The notes under the pieces: model-generated | Told to the model about the DNA's origin: nothing | The model's database searches: none | Seen by the model: only the letters and a program-made list of their open reading frames with translations | Source of the DNA: Spirochaetia bacterium | GTDB lineage: Bacteria > Spirochaetota > Spirochaetia > SZUA-6 > Bin103 | Direction: 5' to 3' | DNA length: 64,000 bases | Assembly: GCA_965198005.1 (NCBI GenBank) | Contig: CBDAOI010000004.1 | Location: forward strand, 1,600,001 to 1,664,000 | Translations under genes and position numbers: made by a program | Shown: one piece after another, positions 48,254 through 58,144 of the stretch | Position numbering within the stretch: position 1 is the stretch's first letter | How the letters are laid out: the number at the start of each line of letters is the position of its first letter

Positions 48254-49255
48254 TCATTCATAGCGCACCCTCGGATCCAGGACCGCGTAGACCAGGTCGA
48301 TGAGCAGATTGATCACCACCACCCCAGTGGCGAACAACAGGTTGATGCCGGAGACCATCGGGTAGTCTCGGTCATTGAGGGCATGCAGAAAGAGGCGACC
48401 GAGCCCCGGCAGGTTGAAGATGTTCTCCATGATCACCGCGCCCCCCACCAGGATCGGCAACTGCAGGCCGATCAGGGACACCACCGGGATGAGGGCATTC
48501 TTGGCGGCGTGCCGGATCACCACGGCCCGCTCCTTCAGCCCCTTGGACCAAGCGGTCCGGATATAGTCCTGCCTCAGCACCTCCAGCATCATGGTGCGCG
48601 TCATCCGCATGGTGGCGGCCGCCGAGGCCGTTCCCAGTATCAGGCCGGGAATGAGGAACACCGCCAGATTCCCCAGCGGGTCTTTCGTGAAGGAAACCAG
48701 CTCCAGCGGCGGCGCCCAGCCCCACCAGATGGCCGGGTAGATCATGACCATGACGCCCAGCCAGAAGTTGGGCGTGGCCAGGCCGATGATGGCGACCGAG
48801 CGCCCCAGGAAGTCTGCGACCGTATCCTGGCGAATCGCCGAGTAGATGCCGACCGGCAGCGCGATCACCAGCCCGATGAGGATTGCCATCAAACCAAGCT
48901 CGATGGTTACCGGCAGTCTACCTAGTATCCTGTCCTCTACCGCCAAACCGCCATACAGTGATTCGCCAAGCGTACCCTGGAGGAGACCTTTGAAGTGGGA
49001 CTCACCGGTAACCCGGTCAGGGGTCGGCAACACCCCTATCCAGCGTCCGTACTGCACCCAGACAGGCACATCCAATCCCAGCCGACGCTCGAGCGCTGCA
49101 CGGTCAATCCCCCCCGTTACGTAGATCTGCACCCGAGCCTCCAATACGTCTATGACATCGCCGGGGATGAAGCGGACCGAGAGAAAGACCAGGATGCTCA
49201 AGATAAACAGGGTGGGGACGACCAGCAGCAGCCGCCGGATGATGTAGGCTCTCAT
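48254..49255 (-). CDS. OppB/DppB permease (no oppC follows)
   Basis: Paralog of the other oppB copies. Confidence 0.92.
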   Translation of the reverse strand: MRAYIIRRLLLVVPTLFILSILVFLSVRFIPGDVIDVLEARVQIYVTGGIDRAALERRLGLDVPVWVQYGRWIGVLPTPDRVTGESHFKGLLQGTLGESLYGGLAVEDRILGRLPVTIELGLMAILIGLVIALPVGIYSAIRQDTVADFLGRSVAIIGLATPNFWLGVMVMIYPAIWWGWAPPLELVSFTKDPLGNLAVFLIPGLILGTASAAATMRMTRTMMLEVLRQDYIRTAWSKGLKERAVVIRHAAKNALIPVVSLIGLQLPILVGGAVIMENIFNLPGLGRLFLHALNDRDYPMVSGINLLFATGVVVINLLIDLVYAVLDPRVRYE

Positions 49256-49374
49256 GTCTTCGTAGTAAATGGGCGCCGGGAAGATCGAGGCTCCCGGCGC
49301 CCTTCTCTGCAGGCAGAACGAGCGCGAAACGCCCGCGGACCCCGCTGCCAGGCGTGGTCCGCGAAGCCGTTGCC

Positions 49375-51156
49375 TCAGAATCCCATTTCTTTCTTCAGGG
49401 CACTATCAATCCAGAGACGGGAGAAGATCACTTCCTCGCCCCCGCTTGATATCAGTTCACCGTTATAGCCTATGAGCCACGGCTGGTTCACCGAAAACTG
49501 TGGAAGCAAAGGACCATATATCGTCCAGTATTGCTCTAATGCGTACATGACCAAGTCTGGCACCAGCCTGTTCCGCTCCTCGACGGTGGTCGCGGCTGCG
49601 GCTGCGGCATGCATGGCGTCATAAGTCGGGTCGTTGACGCTGCTATTTACACCATCCGTGGTAAACCCACTCATGATTGACACTGCCCACTGCATGGAAA
49701 CAGCATACGCCGTATCGTTACTGGCCATTTCGTATTCCTGAGCTTTTCTTCTGGGGCCCCATGCAGCGTTTGGCGTTACTTCAACCTCCACATCAACGCC
49801 AATCTTCTTCCAGTATGAAGCGGCTAATTCCGCATAGTTTAGATCGAAACGCTCAAGGTGCATCAACACGGTCTTGAATCTAGTGCCGTCCGCGCCGCGA
49901 GGATACCCGGCAGCATCAAGCAACGCTTCGGCCCCTTCCGGGTTATACGTGCGGCCCTTCTGGAGCTCCTCGGGCCACTCTTCAAATGGGGTGGAACCGT
50001 CTGTCATGAAACGGCCCAGCCGCCCTTGAGGCATCGGATCTGAGAAACCCTTGAAGTACGAATTGTCAATGGTTTCGAAGTCCAGTGCCATGTTCATTGC
50101 CTTGCGCACCCTGATGTCGTCAAAGGGTTCTATCTGAGTGTTCATTGCAAAACCATTGTCCGATCGAAACCGTACCGGCCACAATTCGACGTCGGGGTTG
50201 GTCCGCTGGATGCTCTCTACCTGCTCGATAGTCCGGAGTTGAGCTACCCCGGCCACACCCACGTAATCCACCTTACCCGTGCGCATTGCCGCCAGTTGTG
50301 TTGCCACTTCGGGCATAATCAGAGCCCTTAACGTGTCAACATATGGCAAACGGTTTTCCGGGTATTTTTCGTCGTAGCCCCAGTAGCCAGGATTCTTGGT
50401 ATAGGTGATGGAGCTGCCCTCGGTCCAGTCAGTCAGCTCAAAAGGACCGGTGCCGACCAGGTTGCTCCAAGCCGTTACGTCCCCGTGTTCCTTGATCACC
50501 TCGGGGGGGTACATGACAGCAAGGGAGTCGTCGAGGATAACCATCAGCGTAAGGAGATTTGGCTCCTTCAGCTTGAAAACCACCGTCCATTTGTCGGTGG
50601 CCGTTATGGATTCGAATGACACCCCAGTCAAAACACTATAAGCAGCGCTAGGTTCGGTGAAGCCGCTGCCCAGACCCAGAGTACGGTGAAAGTTATATAC
50701 GACATCGTCGGCAGTCAGCTCCCGACCGTTCATTGGTGCCTTATCGTGCCAGTGAACGCCCTGGCGGACTTTGACGACAACTGTTTTGTCGTCGGGCATT
50801 TCCCAGCTCTCCGCCAGAGCCCCCCTCGTGTACTTTGGAGCGGCCATGGTCGGGAAGTTATATTCGTCCCTGGGCGTTGCCCAGTCGCCGATGCCTAGCT
50901 TCTCTACGACCAGGCCCACGGCCACGACACCCCCACTCAAATGTTTGTCAGTATGCGAGGGCGATTCTTTCTTGACGTAGGTTATTGTCCCGCCATACTC
51001 CGGCGCGGTCACCATCTTGCCGGTGGTCGGGTCGGTCACCATTTCCTTCTCCATCGCCGCGGCCGGCTCCTCCTCCGAGGCAGCCGCCCAGAGGCCGGTG
51101 GCGGTCAGTGCGAGGCCACACAGCACGGCGAGCGAAATGCGCATTACGAAATGCAT
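49375..51156 (-). CDS. Family-5 ABC substrate-binding protein (paralog 3)
   Basis: Same motifs; AGGAG RBS; hairpin 49271-49302 downstream. Confidence 0.93.
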   Translation of the reverse strand: MHFVMRISLAVLCGLALTATGLWAAASEEEPAAAMEKEMVTDPTTGKMVTAPEYGGTITYVKKESPSHTDKHLSGGVVAVGLVVEKLGIGDWATPRDEYNFPTMAAPKYTRGALAESWEMPDDKTVVVKVRQGVHWHDKAPMNGRELTADDVVYNFHRTLGLGSGFTEPSAAYSVLTGVSFESITATDKWTVVFKLKEPNLLTLMVILDDSLAVMYPPEVIKEHGDVTAWSNLVGTGPFELTDWTEGSSITYTKNPGYWGYDEKYPENRLPYVDTLRALIMPEVATQLAAMRTGKVDYVGVAGVAQLRTIEQVESIQRTNPDVELWPVRFRSDNGFAMNTQIEPFDDIRVRKAMNMALDFETIDNSYFKGFSDPMPQGRLGRFMTDGSTPFEEWPEELQKGRTYNPEGAEALLDAAGYPRGADGTRFKTVLMHLERFDLNYAELAASYWKKIGVDVEVEVTPNAAWGPRRKAQEYEMASNDTAYAVSMQWAVSIMSGFTTDGVNSSVNDPTYDAMHAAAAAATTVEERNRLVPDLVMYALEQYWTIYGPLLPQFSVNQPWLIGYNGELISSGGEEVIFSRLWIDSALKKEMGF

Positions 51157-51313
51157 CAGATAACTCCTGTTGCTCGAGAGTACTGAATCGACTGCCGGCC
51201 CCTCGCCTACTCTCGAGTTATGCCTGCTTCAACGCCGGCGAGCACAAGCGAGGGCGACAGCGCGGGTCCCCAGGCGGTACGGCGCTTGGAGACGAGCCCG
51301 GGTTTAGTCGTGG

Positions 51314-51340
51314 TTAGTCGTAACCGGTCTTGGGTGCCAT
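51314..51340 (-). CDS. Putative leader peptide MAPKTGYD
   Basis: AAAGGAGG 5 nt before ATG, at the homologous leader position. Confidence 0.55.
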   Translation of the reverse strand: MAPKTGYD

Positions 51341-52224
51341 CCCATCCTCCTTTGACGTGCGCGCACCACCGGCCGTTCGGATCGCGTCGGGACCTGCGTC
51401 CCAGCGTCCACGCGGCTGGCGAGGCGAGTTGGATTGGATTGGCCGGCGACGCCGGCGGTAGAGTTGATAAGTGGGTTGATGAGGCCCGGTACGCCGGTCT
51501 CGGCGCTGAACGGACACCGCGTGAGGCGCCGGATGGGTTAGCTGTGTTGGGGGGGGGGGACTCCTCACCATTAAGCAAGCGCGCCGCGAGCTGATTTTCA
51601 GCAAATCTCGGCGCGCGGCTGTCAGGGGAACAGAGTGTCATAAGCGTTGACGTGTTATAAGTCACTCAAGCCCTCCGCAGGTGAGGCACAGCCATACCCA
51701 GATGTAGTCGCGATGTCGCGATTGACTGGATCCCACCCTATCGTAACCTCCGCTCCCGTGGACGTCAACCACGAATCGGCCCAGCAATTCTCGGTGAACG
51801 GCAGTCGATGGCCTGAAGAGACAGTCTGGAGGGGCCCCCACCATTCGCCAACCCCCGCCGCGAAAGGATTCCGGGGGGGAGGGGATGGGCAAGGGTAGGA
51901 CGCGCCGGTTGCGTTGCCCCTAACCGGTGGCAGCGCTGAGTAGTGTTTTCAGCCATCTTTTGCATCCGTTCAAACCTGAGACTTTCAGTATGCCACCCCT
52001 GCGGCACAAATCAACAGGAAAAACTGGCGAATTGAAGGTTTCTTGAGATTTCTTTCGGGCAGCCGCGGCAGCCGAGAGCCCCTCGCGGCGCCGACTCGGG
52101 CGCATCGCCCCTCCAGAGCCGTCATTCGCCGGCGATGTGGCCGTCCGCAGGCCGTTCACCGTCCACGTCGGCCTCACAGCGGCCCGCTGAGGGCATTCCA
52201 GCCCCTCGGGGGTAGCCTGGGTAC

Positions 52225-54140
52225 GAGCGCCAGGCTAACTGGCATATGACAGAGGGTGAAAGTCCCTCGGAACGAAGGAGCAGCCAATCCACGTTTCTCC
52301 GCGAGCCGTGCGTTGGCACCTGCGAGGGTGCAGGCGAAGCGTCGGCAGCGGTGCGTGCGGGCAGAGTTATGGAGCGCCGCAAAATACGACATCTGGAGTG
52401 CCGAGACTCTGTACTCGGTCGAAGGCAACACCGGTCGAGCCAGTATGGTGAGGATCGACCGGGCTCCACGGCGTCGAAGAACTCAGGCACGTGCGTACGT
52501 CATATACCGGGACCTGGGAGGTCTTCGGGTCGTCCCGGCGAGTCGTCGCCGGGACCGCGGAGGGAAGGCGTGAGGCTGGACCAAAGATGAACGACCCGAA
52601 GGAGTCGGACATGGGCATAGTAGCGGCGAAGCCGGCGAACAAGGGAGCGCAAGCGACTGCGGAGACGGTGGAGCGAAGGCCCATGACCAACGGGAATTCG
52701 CAAGGTCAAAGCACGGGCCGGACGCAGAGTCGGGCAACCGTGACACAGGCGGCCGAGCGGATACGGCAATTCGTAAAGAGAGAACCGCAGGAGAAACTCA
52801 CTGCGCTGCTGCACCACGTGACGCCGGAAGCGCTGCGGGTGGCCTATTACGCGCTGAAGCGTGAAGCGGCCCCGGGGGTGGACGGGATGACGTGGCGGGA
52901 GTACGAGACGGGGTTGGAAGTGCGCTTGCACGACCTGCACCGGCGAGTACACACAGGAGCGTACCGAGCGACCCCGGTACGGCGGGTCAACATCGACAAG
53001 CCGGACGGAGGCACACGACCGCTGGGGGTGGCCGCGCTGGAGGACAAGATCGTCCAGAAGGCCGTGGTGGATGTGATCCTGACACCGATCTATGAGGAGG
53101 AATTTCTCGGGATCAGCTATGGGTTTCGACCGGGGCGCGGGGCACACGATGCGTTGGACGCACTGGCCTACGCCATCGAACGGCGCGAAGTGAACTGGAT
53201 ATTGGACGCGGACATTCGCGCCTACTTCGACACGATCTCGCGGGACTGGTTGATCAGATTCCTGGAGCATCGGATTGGAGATCGGCGGGTGCTGCGGCTG
53301 ATAAAGAAGTGGCTGCGCGCTGGGGTACTGGAAGAAGGCCGACAGATCGACGCGGGGCGGGGTACAGCGCAAGGGTCGGTGATTTCACCGATGCTCGCGA
53401 ATATATACTTGCACTACGTGTTGGACCTGTGGGTCACCAAGAAGTGGCGGCCGCAGGAGGCGCGCGGAGACATGATCATAGTGCGCTACGCAGATGACTA
53501 TGTCGCCGGGTTCGAGCATCGTGACGATGCGGAACGCTTCCTGCGGGAACTGAAGGAGCGATTCAGAGGCTTCGAGCTGGAACTGAACGCCGACAAGACC
53601 CGACTCCTCGAGTTTGGACGGTATGCCGAAAGGAACCGCCGAGCACGTGGGGAAGGGCGACCGGAGACGTTCGACTTTCTGGGTTTCACGCATTATTGCA
53701 GGAAGGACAGGAAAGGACGCTTCGGGCTGGGGCGGAAGCCAATTCGGAAGCGGATGAATCGTACGCTGAAGAGGATCAAGATCGAGCTCCGCAGACGAAT
53801 GCATGATGACGTGATGGAAACCGGGCGCTGGCTGGGACGGGTACTGCGCGGATGGCTCAACTACTACGCGGTACCCACCAGCTACCGCTATCTGCACCGA
53901 TTCGTGTGGCGTCTGCGAGGAATCTGGGTAAAGATTCTACGCCGGAGGTCCCAGAAGGACCGATTCTCCTGGGCTTGGATGCTGGCGATCAGCATCAAGC
54001 TGTGGCCCCAACCCCGAATCGTACACTCATGGCCGGACCGGCGATTTGCCGTCAACCACCGAAGGTAGGAGCCGGATGGTTTAACGACCACGTCCGGATC
54101 TGTGCGGGGGGCGCCGGGTAACCGGCGTTCCTACCGCGCC
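52225..54140 (+). mobile_element. Complete group II intron (endonuclease-minus)
   Basis: Domain I GAGGGTGAAAGTCCCTC; domain V GAGCCGGATGGTTTAACGACCACGTCCGGATC; domain VI GGGGGCGCCGGGTAACCGGCGTTCCTACC; ends placed by comparison with the uninterrupted flank copy at ~54450-54615. Confidence 0.9.
52587..54068 (+). CDS. ltrA: Group II intron reverse transcriptase/maturase
   Basis: APGVDG, RPLG...EDKIVQ, SYGFRPGR..HDAL, QGSVISP.LAN, RYADD, FDFLGF, GWLNYY. Confidence 0.95.
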   Translation: MNDPKESDMGIVAAKPANKGAQATAETVERRPMTNGNSQGQSTGRTQSRATVTQAAERIRQFVKREPQEKLTALLHHVTPEALRVAYYALKREAAPGVDGMTWREYETGLEVRLHDLHRRVHTGAYRATPVRRVNIDKPDGGTRPLGVAALEDKIVQKAVVDVILTPIYEEEFLGISYGFRPGRGAHDALDALAYAIERREVNWILDADIRAYFDTISRDWLIRFLEHRIGDRRVLRLIKKWLRAGVLEEGRQIDAGRGTAQGSVISPMLANIYLHYVLDLWVTKKWRPQEARGDMIIVRYADDYVAGFEHRDDAERFLRELKERFRGFELELNADKTRLLEFGRYAERNRRARGEGRPETFDFLGFTHYCRKDRKGRFGLGRKPIRKRMNRTLKRIKIELRRRMHDDVMETGRWLGRVLRGWLNYYAVPTSYRYLHRFVWRLRGIWVKILRRRSQKDRFSWAWMLAISIKLWPQPRIVHSWPDRRFAVNHRR

Positions 54141-54692
54141 CCCCTGCAACACCCGTCAACGCCGATTCCCGGCACCGCTGGCTCCGTATTGACCGCGCCG
54201 CCACCGCCCGCAGCCCAGCCTGGTCGGGTCGCAGCCACCTCCAGGACCAGCTACTAGCGACGGCAGACCTCCTCGAGCGTCAAGCCGCCGCTCCGTCAGT
54301 CGCCGCGCGCGCGGGGAATTGGGCCGTTGCTGCGGCCGTCGCGGCGCTCCGGAGGTGCAACCGCGAGCCGCTCGTCGGTTGAGTTCGAGGCTGCTCGGAC
54401 AGGAGCGGCAGCACGAGCGCCGCCGCGGCGACGATCTCGGCACTCGGACCCGTTCAGGGCCGGCATTCACGGCCGATTGGCCGGCAGCGGGCCGCTCGGC
54501 GTCCGAGTCGGCCTCATAGCGGCCCCCTGACGGCCTTCCAAACCCAGGGAGATACCCCAGGGTACCCCCAGAATCCCGCAAAGTGCCCGTCAAAGCCGTT
54601 TCCCACCACCGCTGACACCGCTGACACGCCGCGCGGTCCGCCACCCCGGCTCCCGTGTGCCACCTCGAACATCAATCCGAGACCGGCACTGA

Positions 54693-55020
54693 TCAGCGCT
54701 TGCAGGTCAGGAACGACGTGAGGTGCGGGCTGCAGAGCCCCCCCCAGTCGCGCCCAAACCCGCGCGGCGGCTCGACGCTCTCCAGTTCGGCAAGATCAAG
54801 CCCGCACATCGCCTCCAGCCGCTGTGCGAGCGCGGACTCCTGGAGACTGTCGGGCAAGTGGTCGAGCCACGCTTGATACTCACCCTGGAGGTCGAGCAGG
54901 GTGCCTACCGCATCCTGCCAGCGCTGCGGTCGGGACCTGCGGTCTTGCGGCCTGCGGTACTGCACCCGGGGCTGCGCTGCCTTGCGGCGCTCTCGATAGC
55001 GCCGTTGTCGTTCCGTGCGG
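54693..55020 (-). pseudogene. 5'-truncated hypothetical protein
   Basis: ERQRRYRERR...SRPQRW.DAV..LL.LQ.EY.AWLD.LP...PRGFGRD, joined to the IS110 remnant. Confidence 0.5.
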
Positions 55021-55250
55021 TCACGCAGCATCGCGCACGCCACCGCGAGCAACCGGTCCGCGACCGTACGCAGCGCCCGGCCATGGCGCTGCCCGCGCGC
55101 GCGTAGCGCCGCATACCGCTCCCGACTCACCGGATCGTGCTGGATCGCCACCCGCGCCCAGTGATACATCGCGTTGCTCAGCCGCTGGTTGCAGGCACGG
55201 CGCATGCTCACCTGGCAACTCTTCCCCTGCGATTGATCAGCCCGTTGCGT
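55015..55250 (-). pseudogene. IS110-family transposase C-terminal fragment
   Basis: GKS..V.MRRACNQRL.NA.YHWARVA.Q.DP.S...YA.LR.RG..H.RALR.VADRLL....AML. Confidence 0.75.
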
Positions 55251-55446
55251 TCCTCCTGCAACTCGGCAGTCCGGCGCGACCATTCCCGCAACTCGATCAC
55301 CGGCGGTGCCTGCACCTGCAACTGACGAAAGCTGCTGATAAGAAATCAGCCAGCCCGGCAGGTATCTTTGGCTCACTTACTCGTGATGGCAGGCCCAGCT
55401 TGCGGGTCAGGGGAGTACCGGAGTAGCCATGAGCCGCAGTATATCA

Positions 55447-55475
55447 TTGACAATCGTATGTCCCGCTTGTATAGT
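55447..55475 (+). promoter_or_regulatory. Near-consensus sigma70 promoter (leaderless); copy at 47911-47939
   Basis: TTGACA-17bp-TATAGT with TG upstream; GTG 7 nt downstream. Confidence 0.75.
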
Positions 55476-55482
55476 CGATGGC

Positions 55483-55878
55483 GTGGAGTGGTGGGGTCCG
55501 GTCACCGCAATATCGGGTGCGGCAGTCGCGGTAGTGGCGATCGCGGCCGCGATCACCAGACCATTCAAGAGCATCCGGGATGAAGCTCGGCAGGCCCATG
55601 CCCTGATCGGGGAGAACATCAATGCCGTGCGCACCGACCTGGGCGCCAAGATCGACGGCGTGCGCGCCGAACTGCATGCCGACATCAAGGCGGTAGATGC
55701 CAAGGTCGACGGCGTGCGCACCGACCTCACCGCCAAGATCGACGGCGTGCGCACCGACCTGACCGACTTGGCCAAAGACGTGGGAGAGCTCAAGGTCCAG
55801 ATCGGCCGGATCGACGAACGCACCAGAGCATCGACCGAACAGACGAACGCTCCACTCCCGTCACCCCCACAGCATTAG
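55483..55878 (+). CDS. N-anchored coiled-coil protein with 11-aa repeats (DUF1640/Bdr-like)
   Basis: Hydrophobic N-terminus; AK(I/V)DGVR(T/A)(D/E)L repeats. Confidence 0.7.
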   Translation: MEWWGPVTAISGAAVAVVAIAAAITRPFKSIRDEARQAHALIGENINAVRTDLGAKIDGVRAELHADIKAVDAKVDGVRTDLTAKIDGVRTDLTDLAKDVGELKVQIGRIDERTRASTEQTNAPLPSPPQH

Positions 55879-55899
55879 TGCACAGGCGGATGAAGTGGG

Positions 55900-56300
55900 C
55901 TACGCGACGCCTTCCCGCGGCTTGTCGGGCGGCTGGTTGCGGCTGCTCCAGAACAGCCCCTCGATGATTCCCTCGACCTTCGACAGCCGGTCCCCGATGT
56001 TGACGACGCGTGCGGTGAGTTCCTTGAAGCCGGCCTGCATCTCTGCCCGCAGCCGGCCGTCGCCGGCCCTTATTTCGTCCCGCAACGCGCTCTCGACGCC
56101 CTTTATTTCGTCCCGCAACGCGCTCTCGACGCCCTTTATTTCGTCCCGCAACGTGCTCTCGACGCCCTTTATTTCGTCCCGCAACGCGCCTCACTGGCCC
56201 GCAACTCGCGCAACTCGTGACGGATGCCGCGATTGGACGCCAACGTCACGGTGCCGAGGGCGATTGTCGCTGCGATGATCCCTATCAGCTCCAGGCTCAT
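55900..56300 (-). pseudogene. Second N-anchored coiled-coil repeat gene, frameshifted near 56190
   Basis: MSLELIGIIAATIALG... then LRDEIKGVES(A/T) repeats in another frame. Confidence 0.7.
56067..56189. repeat. 33-bp coding tandem repeat, ~3.6 units
   Basis: TTTATTTCGTCCCGCAACG(C/T)GCTCTCGACGCCC. Confidence 0.92.
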
Positions 56301-56547
56301 GTACACCTCTCCGGCGCTCCGCTCCCTGCCCGGCAGTCTACCGCTTGGCGGCCACGGTGTCACCTTGGCTGCGGCCCCACGCCTCCTCGCCACGCCGAAG
56401 TCGCGCACGACGGACATCCGCCGCGGGGAGCTGAAGCGACCTGCTTACCGAATATCTGTTACAACGGGCGCGTGTCGTTGCTGCTTCAACGCCACTCTCG
56501 CTGCCTGCCTGCGGCGCTGCTCGACCCTGGGGCACCGCAGCGCGTGG

Positions 56548-57036
56548 CTCAGGGACACCACCGGGATGAGGGCATTCTTGACGGCGTGCCGGATCACCAC
56601 GGCCCGCTCCTTCAGCCCCTTGGACCAGGCGGTGCGGATAGGGCGTGGCTTCAATGAGTAAGGGAGCTGGGAAGTCTGAGCCTCCCAGCTCCCTTTTTTT
56701 GGCCTGAGGCCAGGCACAACGGGTGCAACCCCTAATGCCCCATTTCTTCCTTCAGCTCAGAATCAACCCAGAGGCGGGTGAAGACCGTATTGTATTGACC
56801 GCGTCCCAACGCCAATTCACCGTTAAAACTCTTGACCCACGGCTGGACGGCCACATACTGTGGGGCCGCACCACCCCATATCTGCCAGAACTGCTCTATC
56901 GCATACGAGGCGATCAGCCGGAGCGGTTAGTTGTTTCTCGGTTCGAAAAGTGTGTGTGTGTGGGGGGGGGGGACGATAGGATGCACCGGCTGCGTCACTG
57001 CCAACCGGCCACTGCGCTGACTGTCATCATGGCACC
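56548..57036 (-). pseudogene. Collapsed SBP-oppB cassette (leader with (GT)6 G11, SBP 3' end, hairpin, oppB fragment)
   Basis: 56909-57036 matches 9262-9370; 56731-56905 encodes ...QPWVKSFNGE...KEEMGH*; 56548-56640 encodes IRTAWSKGL...IPVVSL. Confidence 0.85.
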
Positions 57037-57132
57037 CTCCCGGTGCACCCGAGCACGCCCGCCGCACCCCGGCGCTTCGGCGAGCGCGCACGCCTTGCGC
57101 GGCGGACGAGCGTTTCCGTATGATGCGCGGCG

Positions 57133-57930
57133 ATGGAGTTGGGAGTCTACGGCCTGGGCCGCTTCGGGACGTTCTGGGCCGCGGAGCTGGCCCGACACTT
57201 CACGGTATGCGCCTACTCGCGCCGCGCCCATCACGCTCCGGCCGGCGTGCGGATAGTGTCCGAGGACGAGTTGCTGCAGTGCCCGGTGGTCGTGCTGTGC
57301 GTGGCCATCTCGGCCATGGAGGAGGTAGCCGAACGCATCCGCCCGCGCCTCGGGGCCGACACACTGGTGATGGACACGTGCTCGATCAAGGGGTTCCCGG
57401 CGCGCGTCATGACGGAACGGTTGCCCGCGGCGACGCGCATTCTGGCCACCCATCCGCTGTTCGGCCCCGACTCGGCCCGCGCCGGCGTAGCCGGGCAGCC
57501 GATGATCCTCTGCCCGGTGCGGTTGAGCGCCGCCGAAGTGGGGGAGTGGCAGGGCCGGTTCCGGGCCATGGGGCTGCGCGTCATCACCATGACCCCGGAG
57601 CAGCACGACCGGGAGGCGGCGTTCACGCAGGGCGTGACCCACTACCTCGGCCGCGTGCTGGCCGAGATGGGGTTGCGCGATTCCCCGATCTCGACCGTCG
57701 GCTATCAGCAGCTCCGCACCATCGTGGAGCAGACCTGCAACGACTCGCTGCAGCTCTTCCTCGACCTCCAACGGTACAATCCCTACACGCGGGCGATGCG
57801 CGACCGCCTCGAGCGGGCGCTGGGCACCGTCAAGGCCCGGCTCGACGCGCCGGCTCCCGGCGAACCGTCGACCGGGCGGCCCGTTCGTCCGGATCGTCCG
57901 GGCGCGTCCGGTCAGTCCGGTCAGGCTTGA
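57133..57930 (+). CDS. tyrA: Prephenate/arogenate dehydrogenase
   Basis: GLGRFG, DTCSIK, THPLFGPDS, MTPEQHD. Confidence 0.85.
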   Translation: MELGVYGLGRFGTFWAAELARHFTVCAYSRRAHHAPAGVRIVSEDELLQCPVVVLCVAISAMEEVAERIRPRLGADTLVMDTCSIKGFPARVMTERLPAATRILATHPLFGPDSARAGVAGQPMILCPVRLSAAEVGEWQGRFRAMGLRVITMTPEQHDREAAFTQGVTHYLGRVLAEMGLRDSPISTVGYQQLRTIVEQTCNDSLQLFLDLQRYNPYTRAMRDRLERALGTVKARLDAPAPGEPSTGRPVRPDRPGASGQSGQA

Positions 57931-58001
57931 GCGGCTTGATCAGTGACGATTGCATGCCATACGCTGTAGGCGCGCCGTCCGGAGCGCGCACGCCGATGTT
58001 C

Positions 58002-58074
58002 GGGCCGCTAGCTCAGTAGGTAGAGCAACAGCCTTTTAAGCTGTGGGTGCGGGGTTCGATCCCCCGGCGGCTCA
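58002..58074 (+). tRNA. tRNA-Lys(TTT)
   Basis: GGGCCGC/GCGGCTC acceptor; ACAGC-CT-TTT-AA-GCTGT; GGTTCGATCCC. Confidence 0.95.
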
Positions 58075-58144
58075 TTCCGATAGCCATGATGCGAAGCAGT
58101 ACAGGGTCGCGACACGACCAGGCGCCGCCGCGAGGGGGCAGCGG

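Noticed and set aside
52587-54068. DGR, retron or defence RT
   Set aside because: Typical group II RT/maturase inside domains I-VI; no TR/VR pair with adenine-specific changes seen, including in the AAA-gene duplicates
54693-55376. Functional IS110 bridge-RNA recombinase or novel fusion
   Set aside because: Only a C-terminal fragment joined to an unrelated truncated gene
56067-56189. CRISPR-sized 33-bp repeats
   Set aside because: Contiguous without spacers and encode an 11-aa repeat
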